DNA of 64,000 bases from Ignavibacteria bacterium UBA2360 (GCA_002344125.1 DDTQ01000010.1:77683-141682), one strand, 5' to 3'. Numbered from the stretch's first letter, positions 28,146 to 37,829 are shown. Translations and numbers: made by a program. The notes: generated from the sequence alone by a model not told the origin.

Positions 28146-28191
28146 AATATAAAAAAGAAAAATCAATAATTAACGAAAGTAAGGTATTAAA

Positions 28192-28386
28192 ATGCCAAAG
28201 ATGAAATCAAACCGCGGTGCAGCAAAATCATTTAAGGTTACTGCTACCGGGAAGGTAAAAAGAAAACATTCTTTAAAGAGACACATACTTACAAAAAAAT
28301 CAGCTAAAAGAATAAGACAGCTCAGACACGATGCGCTTGTTTCAGAAGCTGATGCAAAACGCGTAAGAAGAATGCTTCTTGCCTAA
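28192..28386 (+). CDS. rpmI: 50S ribosomal protein L35
   Basis: [26 protein letters not shown]..; position between infC and rplT. Confidence 0.95.
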   Translation: MPKMKSNRGAAKSFKVTATGKVKRKHSLKRHILTKKSAKRIRQLRHDALVSEADAKRVRRMLLA

Positions 28387-28430
28387 TAAACAAAAAATAA
28401 AAATTAATATAACACAGGAGATATAATAAT

Positions 28431-28778
28431 ATGCCTCGTTCAGTAAATGCAGTAGCTTCCAGAAAAAGACGCAAGAGAATGCTTGCCAAAGCGAAAGGCT
28501 ACTGGGGCAGAAGAAGTAAAGTCACAACAGTCGCTAAACACAGCGTTGAAAAAGCAGGACAGCACGCTTATTCAGGCCGCAAACTTAAAAAGCGCGTTAT
28601 GCGCAATATCTGGACAGTGAGAATTAACGCTGCCGCCAGGGATAATAACACTACATACTCAAAACTTATCGGCGCTCTTAATAAGAAGAATATCGATATC
28701 AACAGGAAAGTTCTCGCGCAGCTTGCATACGATAATCCGGCGGCATTCACAGAAGTTGTGAAGTTCGCTATGAGCTGA
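28431..28778 (+). CDS. rplT: 50S ribosomal protein L20
   Basis: [26 protein letters not shown]..; GGAG Shine-Dalgarno upstream. Confidence 0.95.
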   Translation: MPRSVNAVASRKRRKRMLAKAKGYWGRRSKVTTVAKHSVEKAGQHAYSGRKLKKRVMRNIWTVRINAAARDNNTTYSKLIGALNKKNIDINRKVLAQLAYDNPAAFTEVVKFAMS

Positions 28779-28804
28779 TCCTGCATGGCAGGATATAATT
28801 TTCA

Positions 28805-28828
28805 GCCACGGCTTTATTAGCCGTGGCG
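28805..28828 (+). other. Stem-loop between rplT and pheS (possible attenuator/processing site)
   Basis: gccacggc-tttatta-gccgtggc, preceded by a smaller hairpin tcctgc-atg-gcagga immediately after the rplT stop. No clear U-run follows. Confidence 0.3.
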
Positions 28829-28916
28829 GTGAAAATGTTTTGACCGCGTAAAGCAACATTTGTCGCAGCAGTCCGTTTATAAAAAAATAGATCTGGAAAA
28901 TAAGAGTTAACCCAAA

Positions 28917-29936
28917 ATGCTGTCTGATCTCAATGAAATTGAGCAGGAAATAAATTCATTTCCGGTGAATTCACCTGAAGAGCTTGAAAACTTCAGACTG
29001 AAATTCATTTCCCGCAACGGTCTTCTAACAGGTCTGTTTGAAGAACTGAAGAACGTTAGCAGGGAAGAAAAACCCGTTGTTGGCAAGAAACTTAACGAAG
29101 TTAAAAAACTTGCTGAAAGTAAGTTCAATACCTTAAAAGCGCAGCTGGATGATACCGGCTCCAAAAAGGAAGATATCGATCTTACGCTGCCTGCCGCTTC
29201 ATACAGTATCGGCAGAGAGCACCTCATTTCCCAAACCCTCGCAGAAATGGTTAAGATATTCCGCGAAATTGGATTCAAGGTAACAGATGGACCCGAGCTT
29301 GAAGAGGAATTTTATAACTTCGACGCTTTGAACACTCCCGCTCACCACCCCGCAAGGGATATGCAGGATACATTCTACGTTCAGAGTACCACAGATAAAG
29401 ATAAAAAACACGTGCTTCGCACTCATACATCGCCTGTGCAGATAAGAACCATGCTGCAAAATAAACCTCCTTTGAGGATCATCAGCCCGGGAAAGGTTTT
29501 CAGAAATGAAACCGTCACCTATAAAAATTATTTTATGTTTCACCAGCTCGAAGGTCTTTACATAGATAAAAATGTAAGTATGAGAGATCTCAAAGGCGTT
29601 CTTGCCTACTTCTTCAAAAAATTCTACGGAGAAAACACAAAGATACGCTTTATACCGAGCTTTTTCCCCTTCACAGAACCATCAGGTCAGGTGGATATTT
29701 CATGCTTCATTTGCGGCGGCAAAGGCTGCAAAACATGCAAAGAAACAGGCTGGCTTGAAGTCGGCGGCTGCGGAATGGTGGACCCCAATGTATTCAGATC
29801 GGTTAACATAGACCCCGAAGAATATACAGGCTACGCCTTCGGCATGGGAATGGAAAGACTCACCATGATGAAATACGGCATCAAAGATATCCGCATACTT
29901 TATCAAAATGACGTGAGATTTCTTGACCAGTTCTAA
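28917..29936 (+). CDS. pheS: Phenylalanyl-tRNA synthetase alpha subunit
   Basis: HPARDMQDTFY, FRNE, class II motif 3 GFAFGMGMERLTM. Confidence 0.95.
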   Translation: MLSDLNEIEQEINSFPVNSPEELENFRLKFISRNGLLTGLFEELKNVSREEKPVVGKKLNEVKKLAESKFNTLKAQLDDTGSKKEDIDLTLPAASYSIGREHLISQTLAEMVKIFREIGFKVTDGPELEEEFYNFDALNTPAHHPARDMQDTFYVQSTTDKDKKHVLRTHTSPVQIRTMLQNKPPLRIISPGKVFRNETVTYKNYFMFHQLEGLYIDKNVSMRDLKGVLAYFFKKFYGENTKIRFIPSFFPFTEPSGQVDISCFICGGKGCKTCKETGWLEVGGCGMVDPNVFRSVNIDPEEYTGYAFGMGMERLTMMKYGIKDIRILYQNDVRFLDQF

Positions 29937-30563
29937 ATGGCAGAGCTATTCACCATAAATAATTTCGTTATTTTTGTTCTTTGTTATTTGATAGGATCAT
30001 TCCCCACAGCATATATACTTGTTAAACTCAGGTCCAACAAAGATCTGACCAAAGAAGGCTCGGGAAATGTAGGTACACTGAATTCATTCACTGTATCTAA
30101 ATCCAAAGCAATTGGCATAACAGTACTTCTGATAGATATCCTGAAAGGGGCTCTGCCCGTTTATTTCATGATGTTTATCATGCCGCATCCATACCAGTCA
30201 GTTTTGCTTGGCGCATGCGCCTTGATCCTGGGGCATAACTATCCCGTTTGGCTCAGATTCAAAGGCGGCAGGGGACTCGCCACCGGCGCGGGTATTTTTC
30301 TCGTGGTAAATTACTACATATTCATCGGATGGTGTGTTGTATGGCTTTTGGTGTTCATTCTGAAAAGAAAAGTGCTGATAGCAAATACCGCGGCGACTTT
30401 TTCGCTTCCTGTGTATGTGCTGTTGATAAATTTTTTCAGCTTTATGCTTGTAAACAGCCAGGCTGCGGGATTTTCTCTGAACTATTTTAACGTTTATTCA
30501 ATTATAATAACAGCAATCATCCTTTCAAGGCACACTGAAGTTTTTAAAAAAGAAAATAAATAA
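29937..30563 (+). CDS. plsY: Glycerol-3-phosphate acyltransferase PlsY
   Basis: GSGNVGTLN and HNYPVWLRFKGGRGLATGAG motifs with about 5 TM. The ATG directly abuts the pheS stop; no pheT follows. Confidence 0.9.
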   Translation: MAELFTINNFVIFVLCYLIGSFPTAYILVKLRSNKDLTKEGSGNVGTLNSFTVSKSKAIGITVLLIDILKGALPVYFMMFIMPHPYQSVLLGACALILGHNYPVWLRFKGGRGLATGAGIFLVVNYYIFIGWCVVWLLVFILKRKVLIANTAATFSLPVYVLLINFFSFMLVNSQAAGFSLNYFNVYSIIITAIILSRHTEVFKKENK

Positions 30564-30586
30564 TTCATTAATATAAAACATTAATT

Positions 30587-31477
30587 ATGTTTCCAAATTT
30601 AAAGAACCCGGTTTTTACAGATGTTGATGACCTGAATGAAATGGCAAGACAGATAAGAAGAGATATTATCAACATGCTTCTTATTTCCAAGTCAGGACAT
30701 TCCGGCGGACCGCTCGGGCTGGCGGATATTTTTGCAGCTTTATACTTCAATAAGTTAAATTTGCTGCCCGAAGATCCGTATAACCAAGAAAGAGATTATG
30801 TTTTCCTCTCTATCGGACACGTTGCGCCTGTATGGTATGCTACGCTTTCAAGGCGCGGATTTTTCCCGATTGATGAATTGAAAACGCTCCGCAAAGTTAA
30901 CGGCAGGCTGCAGGGACACCCTGCGCCGCTTAAAACACACGGAGTTCCGGGTGTAGAAATTGCCTCCGGTGCATTGGGCCAGGGACTCTCCATTGCGGTC
31001 GGCGCGGCGTTAGGACTGAAACTTTCTGGTAAACCTAATCACGTTTATTGCATCTGCGGCGATGGTGAGCTTGGCGAAGGTCAGATATGGGAAGCCGCAA
31101 TGACCGCTGATCACCACAAGACCGATAACCTCACGGTTATTGTTGACCGCAACCACTGCCAGATAGATAACCGCACCGAAAATGTGCTGAAACTTGAACC
31201 GCTGGCAGATAAATGGAAAGCTTTTGGATTTGAAGTGTTCGAAATTGACGGGCATAACATGAAAGAAGTGCTTGATACCATTGATGCTGTAAAAAAAGTT
31301 AAAGGCAAGCCTTCCTGCATTATTGCTTATACCAAAATGGGCAGGGGAGTTTCATTCATGGAAGATAATTACAAATGGCACGGAGTGCCGCCAAATGATG
31401 AGCAGGGCAAAATTGCTCTGGGCGAATTGCCTTCTACAAAGTTCGGTGATTTTGTAGATTACTATAACGGAAAATAA
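30587..31477 (+). CDS. Transketolase, N-terminal (TPP-binding) subunit
   Basis: SGHSGGPLGLADIFAALYF, GDGELGEGQIWEA. Confidence 0.9.
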   Translation: MFPNLKNPVFTDVDDLNEMARQIRRDIINMLLISKSGHSGGPLGLADIFAALYFNKLNLLPEDPYNQERDYVFLSIGHVAPVWYATLSRRGFFPIDELKTLRKVNGRLQGHPAPLKTHGVPGVEIASGALGQGLSIAVGAALGLKLSGKPNHVYCICGDGELGEGQIWEAAMTADHHKTDNLTVIVDRNHCQIDNRTENVLKLEPLADKWKAFGFEVFEIDGHNMKEVLDTIDAVKKVKGKPSCIIAYTKMGRGVSFMEDNYKWHGVPPNDEQGKIALGELPSTKFGDFVDYYNGK

Positions 31478-31486
31478 TAAAATAAC

Positions 31487-31963
31487 ATGAAAAATCTCTT
31501 TGTTATCTTAGCTATGGTTCTTTTAACAGCAGTTTACCCGGGCTGCTCTAATTCAGGCAGCGATGACTCGAAGGTTCCTTCTGAAATTGTCCTGGATGGC
31601 ATGTATTCTGCAATAGAAGAAAAACGCGAAGTGCTGATCACCAATAACGAGCAGTTCCAGAGCTTAATGAATGAAATTTACAGGAATATGGACCAGATGC
31701 CGAGATTCCCCGTTGTTGATTTTACTAAGAACAGTGTCGTGGCAGTCTTTATAGGTGAAAGACCAAACGGCGGGTACATGGTATCAATTGATAGCATAAC
31801 CGAAGGCTCAAGATATGTTAATGTGAACGTGGTTGAAACCACACCGGGTCCAAATTGCATGACAACACAGGCGATCACAAGACCGTTCGCAATTGTAAAG
31901 ATACCCAAAACTGATAATAAACCTGTTTTTAAAACCAAACAAATTGTTAAAGACTGTCAATAA
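31487..31963 (+). CDS. Lipoprotein, PrcB-C-terminal-domain-like (tentative)
   Basis: Lipobox YPGCS. The segment VAVFIGERPNGGYMVSIDSI resembles the PrcB_C motif. The gene lies between the two transketolase halves. Confidence 0.45.
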   Translation: MKNLFVILAMVLLTAVYPGCSNSGSDDSKVPSEIVLDGMYSAIEEKREVLITNNEQFQSLMNEIYRNMDQMPRFPVVDFTKNSVVAVFIGERPNGGYMVSIDSITEGSRYVNVNVVETTPGPNCMTTQAITRPFAIVKIPKTDNKPVFKTKQIVKDCQ

Positions 31964-31972
31964 AGAAAGAAT

Positions 31973-32968
31973 ATGAACTATATAAACAAGTTTGAGAATT
32001 ATTTAATTGAAGATCTGGATCTTAATAATCCTGAATTGAAAGAAACCCGCCGCGGTTTTGGTGATGCGCTTGTTGATCTTGGTAAATCTAACCCCGATGT
32101 TGTTGTGCTGGGAGGCGATGTAAGCGGCTCAGTAAGGACAGATATGTTCCGTGACGCTTACCCCGATAGGTTCTTTTCTGTGGGTATTGCTGAACAGGAT
32201 ATGATGGGTACAGCTGCGGGACTCGCCCTGGTTGGTAAAATTCCGTTCGCATCGACCTACGGTGAATTTGCAACAGGCAGACCCTTCGACCAGATAAGAC
32301 AATCAATCGCATATAGCGAAATGAATGTTAAGATATGCGCTTCGCACTGCGGATTCACAGTCGGACCCGATGGTGCTACGCACCAGTCACTCGAAGATGT
32401 TGGCATAATGAGAATATTACCGCACATGACTGTTGTTACTCCCGTAGATTACAACCAAACCTACCGGGCAATTATAGAGTGTACAAAATCAGAGCATCCG
32501 TTTTATATAAGGTTTTACAGGGATAATTCACCCAACTACACCAATCCTCATGCACCGTTCAAATTCGGCAAAGCCGATACATTGTTTGAAGGCAGCGATT
32601 GTACAATAATCGCAAGCGGACTCATGGTTTGGGAAAGCATGATGGCATTAGAGGCTTTAGCCGGGGAAAAAATTTCATGCAGACTCATAAATATGCATAC
32701 AATTAAACCAATTGACCGTGAAGCAATTGTAAAAGCTGCAAAAGATACAGGCTGCATTGTTACCTGCGAGGATCACCAGAAAATTGGCGGACTCGGCGGC
32801 GCCGTTGCTGAAGTGCTTGCGCAGGAATATCCGGCGCCTGTTGAATTCATAGGCGCAAGTGATACCTTTGGCGAGTCAGGCAAAGCAGCTGAACTCTACG
32901 AAAAATACGGTATTGCAAGCCGCTTTATTGTAGAAGCGGTTAAAAGAGCTATAAAAAGAAAAAAATAA
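31973..32968 (+). CDS. Transketolase, C-terminal (pyrimidine-binding/C-domain) subunit
   Basis: FFSVGIAEQDMMGTAAGLA, GATHQSLEDVGIMR. Confidence 0.9.
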   Translation: MNYINKFENYLIEDLDLNNPELKETRRGFGDALVDLGKSNPDVVVLGGDVSGSVRTDMFRDAYPDRFFSVGIAEQDMMGTAAGLALVGKIPFASTYGEFATGRPFDQIRQSIAYSEMNVKICASHCGFTVGPDGATHQSLEDVGIMRILPHMTVVTPVDYNQTYRAIIECTKSEHPFYIRFYRDNSPNYTNPHAPFKFGKADTLFEGSDCTIIASGLMVWESMMALEALAGEKISCRLINMHTIKPIDREAIVKAAKDTGCIVTCEDHQKIGGLGGAVAEVLAQEYPAPVEFIGASDTFGESGKAAELYEKYGIASRFIVEAVKRAIKRKK

Positions 32969-33086
32969 TTAATCGGTTTTTCTAAAACCGTTTAAGATGC
33001 TATAACTGTATATTTTATATTACAGGAAAATTTGAAAGAATTTTTATGGCTCTTAAACGGTTTTACTGTTTAAAGCGACTCTTTTT

Positions 33087-33110
33087 GTCATTCCTGCGAA
33101 GACAGGAATC
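33087..33110. repeat. GTCATTCC..GGAATC palindromic repeat module (short form)
   Basis: gtcattcctgcgaagacaggaatc; the same family as 22288-22341, 36007-36034 and 37584-37654. Confidence 0.7.
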
Positions 33111-33212
33111 TTTAAAGCACGAGAATCAATACTGTAGTATATAACATTTTTTAACTGTCATATAAAATTATTTAAATTAAAACTTAATTTATAGTTTCTT
33201 AACTTCATTATT

Positions 33213-34370
33213 ATGAACAGATCTAAATTCCTGATTTTCTCTCTGGCATTCATTGCCGTTTTAGCTTCCGGATTCATTTTCGGACATTTCATATTCAAAA
33301 ACAGTGAAGCTACCGAGCTTAAGCCCGAAAATATCAGCAGGGAACGTATCTCACAAGATATCACTGATTCCCGCGAAAATGCTATCACACGCACTGTCAG
33401 CGAGGTTTCAAAAGCTGTGGTTGGTATAAGCGTCACTGAAGTCCGTGAATACCGCGACCCGTTCGGCGATGACCCGTTTTTCAGGCAATTCTTCGGGGAC
33501 CGTTCCTACAAACAGGAAGTTCAGGGACTCGGCTCCGGCTTCCTCATTTCTGATGACGGCTATATTATTACTAATGATCACGTCGTCGGGAACGCCACAA
33601 AAGTCGTGGTATCTATGACAAACGGTGAGCACCTTGATGCTGAGATAGTGGGCAAGGATTCCTACAGCGATATTGCCGTACTTAAAGTTAACAAAACAGG
33701 TTTACCCTATATTAAGCTGGGCAACAGCGATGATGTAATTATTGGGGAGTGGGTTGTTGCATTCGGAAATCCGTTTGGATTGTTCGAAGTGAATCAGAAG
33801 CCAACGGTTACCGTTGGCGTTGTGAGCGCAATGGGTATGAAGCTTAACTCAGGGCAGAACAGGTTCTACCGCAATATGATACAGACCGATGCGCCTATCA
33901 ATTCCGGTAACAGCGGGGGACCGCTGGTAAACAGCATAGGCGAAGTTATCGGAATGAATACGCTCATTTACACCGGTAACTCAATGGCCGGAGGAAACAT
34001 CGGCCTTGGTTTCGCTATACCTATGAACAAAGTTAAAATGATTGTTGACCGCATAAAAAAGGATGGCAAGATAGAACGTAACTACGATATCGGGCTAAGG
34101 CTGCAGACAGTTGATAAGAACATTGCGCAGTATTTCAAGCTCAACAATGTTCAGGGTGCTATAGTTGTGAATATTGAGCAGGGCAGTATGGCTGCCAAAG
34201 AAGGCATTCTGCCTGAGGATATTATTCTTTCAGTGAACGGAGAGAAGATAGGCAGCGATGCTGATTTCTGGGGTATCGTACTTGATATGAATATCGGCGA
34301 GAAAATTAAACTAAAGATCCTCCGCAAAGGCGATGAGATCGAAAAAGAATTCGAACTGAAAGTAAAGTAA
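33213..34370 (+). CDS. HtrA/DegP-family periplasmic serine protease with one PDZ domain
   Basis: N-terminal anchor/signal. Catalytic triad context NDHVV, DIAVLK, GNSGGPLVN. C-terminal PDZ (EGILPEDIILSVNGEKI). Confidence 0.9.
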   Translation: MNRSKFLIFSLAFIAVLASGFIFGHFIFKNSEATELKPENISRERISQDITDSRENAITRTVSEVSKAVVGISVTEVREYRDPFGDDPFFRQFFGDRSYKQEVQGLGSGFLISDDGYIITNDHVVGNATKVVVSMTNGEHLDAEIVGKDSYSDIAVLKVNKTGLPYIKLGNSDDVIIGEWVVAFGNPFGLFEVNQKPTVTVGVVSAMGMKLNSGQNRFYRNMIQTDAPINSGNSGGPLVNSIGEVIGMNTLIYTGNSMAGGNIGLGFAIPMNKVKMIVDRIKKDGKIERNYDIGLRLQTVDKNIAQYFKLNNVQGAIVVNIEQGSMAAKEGILPEDIILSVNGEKIGSDADFWGIVLDMNIGEKIKLKILRKGDEIEKEFELKVK

Positions 34371-34394
34371 CTTGCTTTTAATCAAAGCATCCGT

Positions 34395-34673
34395 TCATCA
34401 AAAACTCCCCTCCTTCCTCAAGGAGGGGAAGAGATAAATTTCCGGCAGGAAATTTATCGAGGGGTGGTTTCAGCCTCACCAAATCCAAGTCAAACGAGGA
34501 TGTTAGGCATAGCTTGTCTGACCATATCTTTTGTAGGCGTAGTGGCTTGCCCGACGCCTTTTTATCTTCTGAAAACTATGCGAAGACAATACTACTATCT
34601 ATATTTTCTGTAGTCGAAGCCTTTTTTTACTCCTATGGAGCAGGCTTCGTTACTAATCTATCCCAACGCCCAT
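34395..34673. repeat. Stack of at least 5 different GC-rich hairpin modules in one 387-nt spacer; bounds approximate
   Basis: cccctcc..ggagggg (34407-34428), aaatttcc-ggca-ggaaattt (34436-34455), aggcgt..acgcct, cgaagcc..ggcttcg. Confidence 0.65.
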
Positions 34674-34706
34674 AAAAAAAGGCAGGTTAGTTAACCTGCC
34701 TTTTTT
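34674..34706. terminator. Bidirectional rho-independent terminator (serves the minus-strand gene 34758..35486)
   Basis: aaaaaaa-ggcaggtta-gt-taacctgcc-tttttt. Confidence 0.7.
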
Positions 34707-34707
34707 A

Positions 34708-34733
34708 GCTTCCCAAACCGGAGTTTGGGAAGC
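34708..34733. repeat. TTCCCAAAC-N4-GTTTGGGAA hairpin element (copy 1 of 5)
   Basis: gcttcccaaac-cgga-gtttgggaagc, 25 nt downstream of the stop of the minus-strand gene. Confidence 0.85.
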
Positions 34734-34757
34734 AGATAAATAATCTCAAACATGTTG

Positions 34758-35486
34758 CTACTTCGTCAATATCATCTTCTTAACTTCTGAATATCTTTCA
34801 GTTTCAAGCTTGTAAAAATATATACCGCTTGTCAGATTCGCATACTTGGAAGCGTCAAATGTAACCGTATAAGTACCTTTTTGCTGATTTGCGTCAACAA
34901 GCGTTGCAATTTCCTTGCCAATCAGATCAAACACTTTCAGCTTAACGTAAGATGCGTCAAACAATTCATACGAAATATTTGTTGTTGGGTTAAACGGATT
35001 TGGTGTGTTCTGCTCAACCTTAAAATTCTTAATCCCGGTAATACCTATCTTAAGCTCATCAGCTTCAAATACTACCTGGCCGTTGGATGCGAATCCTTTT
35101 AACTTATAAAAATAAACTCCGTCTCGTTCGGGTTCATCTTCATAATCATACATATATACAACGCCACCATCATTGTTGGCCGCCTTTTCAAAGTAATCAT
35201 CCTTCGAAATCCTGTCATCGCTTACTTTTTTGTAATCTTTCTTCTTGGGGTCAAGTCTGTACACTTCAAAGTATGAAATGCTCTTGGGATTGAGTACCCG
35301 CCAGTTAACATAAACAGTCTTGTCTTTAATCTTAGCGGAAAATACCGTAAGCGCGTCTGCGGAATCAGTTACTTCCGATGTTGTTTCATCACCTTCAGGC
35401 AATAAAATGTTGTTATCTCCTGTGAGTGTTTTTGTGCCGGTGAAAAATATTATTAAGAGAGCTGCAATCAGTAAGTTTTTACTCAT
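34758..35486 (-). CDS. Secreted protein with FN3-like region and T9SS-type C-terminal sorting domain
   Basis: Signal peptide present. C-terminus NTPNPFNPTTNISYEL...GIYFYKLETERYSEVKKMILTK. Its ATG overlaps the nuoI stop (ATGA). Confidence 0.8.
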   Translation of the reverse strand: MSKNLLIAALLIIFFTGTKTLTGDNNILLPEGDETTSEVTDSADALTVFSAKIKDKTVYVNWRVLNPKSISYFEVYRLDPKKKDYKKVSDDRISKDDYFEKAANNDGGVVYMYDYEDEPERDGVYFYKLKGFASNGQVVFEADELKIGITGIKNFKVEQNTPNPFNPTTNISYELFDASYVKLKVFDLIGKEIATLVDANQQKGTYTVTFDASKYANLTSGIYFYKLETERYSEVKKMILTK

Positions 35487-35986
35487 ACATTCTCGTGTAA
35501 AAATTCCAATCTCTTCTTTAAGCGGCGTTCGCTCATAAGAAGCTTATCTTTGCCGAATATCGCCTCTTCCTGTGATGTGAAAGAAAGCACATATTCATCG
35601 CTCATAACAATTGCCTCTTCAGGGCAGACCTCCTCGCAGAAACCGCAGAATATGCAGCGAAGCATATTTATCTCGAATTTCTCGGGGAATCTTTCCTTCT
35701 CAAGCGTAGGCACTTCATTAGCCTGCACTTCAATTGCTAAAGCGGGGCAGACCCTGGAACACAAGCCGCATGCAACACATCTTTCAATGCCGTTTTCCGC
35801 TCTAACCAGCACGGGCCTTCCGCGGAAGGCTGTTGGCGGTGTCCATTTTTCTTCGGGATACTGCCGTGTAACCTTCGGCTTGAACATATTCTTAAATGTA
35901 AGCCAAAGCCCGCCAACTATCTGCGGGATGTATGTCTTTTCAAAAACCGTTAGATCCTTACTTCTTACCTGTTGTATATCTGCCAT
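35483..35986 (-). CDS. nuoI: NADH-quinone oxidoreductase subunit I (2x[4Fe-4S] ferredoxin)
   Basis: TRQYPEEK, ERCVACGLCSRVCP and CIFCGFCEEVCP with NuoI-typical spacing. Confidence 0.9.
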   Translation of the reverse strand: MADIQQVRSKDLTVFEKTYIPQIVGGLWLTFKNMFKPKVTRQYPEEKWTPPTAFRGRPVLVRAENGIERCVACGLCSRVCPALAIEVQANEVPTLEKERFPEKFEINMLRCIFCGFCEEVCPEEAIVMSDEYVLSFTSQEEAIFGKDKLLMSERRLKKRLEFLHENV

Positions 35987-36151
35987 AATTTTCTATTCCC
36001 TGTTAACCCCTTTGGGGCGAAGGCGGGAATCTCAATTGTCGATCTTTACTATATCTTTATAAATGTTTGATACTGTTATTTAAAACAAAATAATCTGCAA
36101 TCTGTTCCAATAATCAATTCAACTGCACACAAATTCACATGTTAACATTCT

Positions 36152-36204
36152 AACCAACTTACCAACTCAACCACTTACCAACTCAACCTACTCACCAACT
36201 CAAC
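36152..36204. repeat. Imperfect 16-nt tandem repeat (about 3.3 copies) abutting and overlapping by 1 nt the stop codon of 36204..36923
   Basis: aaccaactt-accaactcaacc-actt-accaactcaacc-tactc-accaactcaac. Confidence 0.8.
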
Positions 36205-36923
36205 TATTTAACCAGCACCATCTTCTTAACATCAACGTAATCGCCTGATCTTAAGCTGTAATAATACATACCGCTTGAAAGTCCTTTTGCGCTGAAATCA
36301 GCCTGGTATTCACCGGCAGTTAACTGCCCGTTTACCAGTATTGCAACTTCTCTGCCAAGCATATCAAACACTCTGAGTGAAACATAATCACCTTTTGGTA
36401 TTGAGAAGTTTATTTTTGTATTCGGGTTAAACGGATTCGGATAATTTTGAGATAAGCTGAATTCCTTAGCAACGCTGCTGATGTTTGTTATACCAATAGG
36501 GAATGAAGTCACCCCAAATGTTACATCGCCACTATTCTGCCCTGGATTTGAAACTCTCTCAACTCTCCATGTTGATGTCCCTGCTCCACTGTTACCGGGT
36601 AATTTTGAATAATAAATATATATTGTAGAATTGCCCGGGGGGTAGTCTGCAATTGCAGTATCTACACCTGTACCGTAGCATAAATTGATATCACAAATTC
36701 CAACACCTTCCCATGTGCCGGGAATGTTTGAAGATATTAAAATAACTCTGAATTCCTCAGTTGTGCCATATGGATTATTAATTGTTGCATGTGATTTTGC
36801 TTCTACGGAATCCTCATGAAACGGAACCCATTCCGGATCAGTTCTTGTGAAACCGGGATTCTGTGCAAATAAATTGAAAGATGCTGCTGCAAAAACCAAA
36901 AGCGTTAAAAAGTATTTTTTCAT
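36204..36923 (-). CDS. Secreted protein with T9SS-type C-terminal sorting domain
   Basis: Signal peptide (..NLFAQ). C-terminus NYPNPFNPNTKINFSI..GMYYYSLRSGDYVDVKKMVLVK. Confidence 0.8.
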   Translation of the reverse strand: MKKYFLTLLVFAAASFNLFAQNPGFTRTDPEWVPFHEDSVEAKSHATINNPYGTTEEFRVILISSNIPGTWEGVGICDINLCYGTGVDTAIADYPPGNSTIYIYYSKLPGNSGAGTSTWRVERVSNPGQNSGDVTFGVTSFPIGITNISSVAKEFSLSQNYPNPFNPNTKINFSIPKGDYVSLRVFDMLGREVAILVNGQLTAGEYQADFSAKGLSSGMYYYSLRSGDYVDVKKMVLVK

Positions 36924-37051
36924 TTTTTATGTTATATTTTCAACAAATTTATATGAATTCTAATCCAAAATCAACTTAAATAACAGGCTATTTTAGCTAA
37001 CGTAAAATACTATTTTTGCTAAATTAATGAAAATTTAGGCTGATATTTGGC

Positions 37052-37525
37052 TTAATAAACCCTTTTATCCTTCATTTGCGACCAATATTCAAATACTTCA
37101 ACACATTCTTTCTTCATAAAGTCACCAATAATCTCAACATTGCTCAATCCCATTTCTTTAAGCATGTGGTTTGATACTTTCAGCTCATTAAATCCAAACC
37201 GCTCCGCATCTGCTATATCTGCCCCGTAGAATATTTTATCTATCCTCGCCCAGTGTATCGCTGTAAAGCACATTGGACAAGGCTCACAGGTTGAATATAT
37301 GGTGCAGCCGCTGAGATCAATATTACCAATATGTTTACAGGCATTACGGATAGCGTGAATTTCACCGTGAGCGGTAATATCTGTGCTTGCCCATACGATG
37401 TTGTGGTCGCAGGCAATCACTTCATCGCCCCTTACAATGCATGCAGCAAACGGGGTCTGACCCGCATCAACGCCTTCGCGGCATTTATCAATTGCCATCT
37501 GCATGTACTTTTCGTCTCTTGTCAT
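37052..37525 (-). CDS. CDA-fold nucleoside deaminase, guanine deaminase (GuaD)-like
   Basis: Zinc motifs HGEIHAI and CEPCPMC. Length and overall pattern are close to B. subtilis GuaD as I recall it. Confidence 0.75.
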   Translation of the reverse strand: MTRDEKYMQMAIDKCREGVDAGQTPFAACIVRGDEVIACDHNIVWASTDITAHGEIHAIRNACKHIGNIDLSGCTIYSTCEPCPMCFTAIHWARIDKIFYGADIADAERFGFNELKVSNHMLKEMGLSNVEIIGDFMKKECVEVFEYWSQMKDKRVY

Positions 37526-37583
37526 AATTTGTTATGATTAATATACAAAAATACGAAGAAATGATTAAACATTCAGTTTCAAT

Positions 37584-37760
37584 GCATGTCATACCCCGGC
37601 CCGACGCATGTCATACCCCTGCCTGCTGCAGGCAGGCGCACAGGCGGGAATATCAGGCAGCAATCCAGTACAGACGTGCCGCCCTGACTGGCTTGACAGT
37701 TGGCACGTCTCAAAGTTGAGTGGCTCCCTCCCCTTCGGTGTGGGTTGGGGTGAGGTTTGA
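37584..37760. repeat. Intergenic repeat mosaic; bounds approximate
   Basis: catgtcatacccc x2 (37585, 37607), palindrome cctgcctgc-t-gcaggcagg (37618-37636), ..caggcgggaatatc, and ccctccccttcggtgtgggttggggtgaggttt (37726-37758). Confidence 0.7.
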
Positions 37761-37829
37761 AACTACATACCGTATTTTTATGTCATATAATTATACAATA
37801 TACCTTATATTTACAGCGTCTATCAATAT

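Noticed and set aside
27627-28166. 179-aa ORF antisense to infC
   Set aside because: It fully overlaps a confidently identified IF-3 gene. Its product is low-complexity and Phe/Leu/Arg-rich, as expected from the reverse complement of a Lys/Glu-rich coding region.
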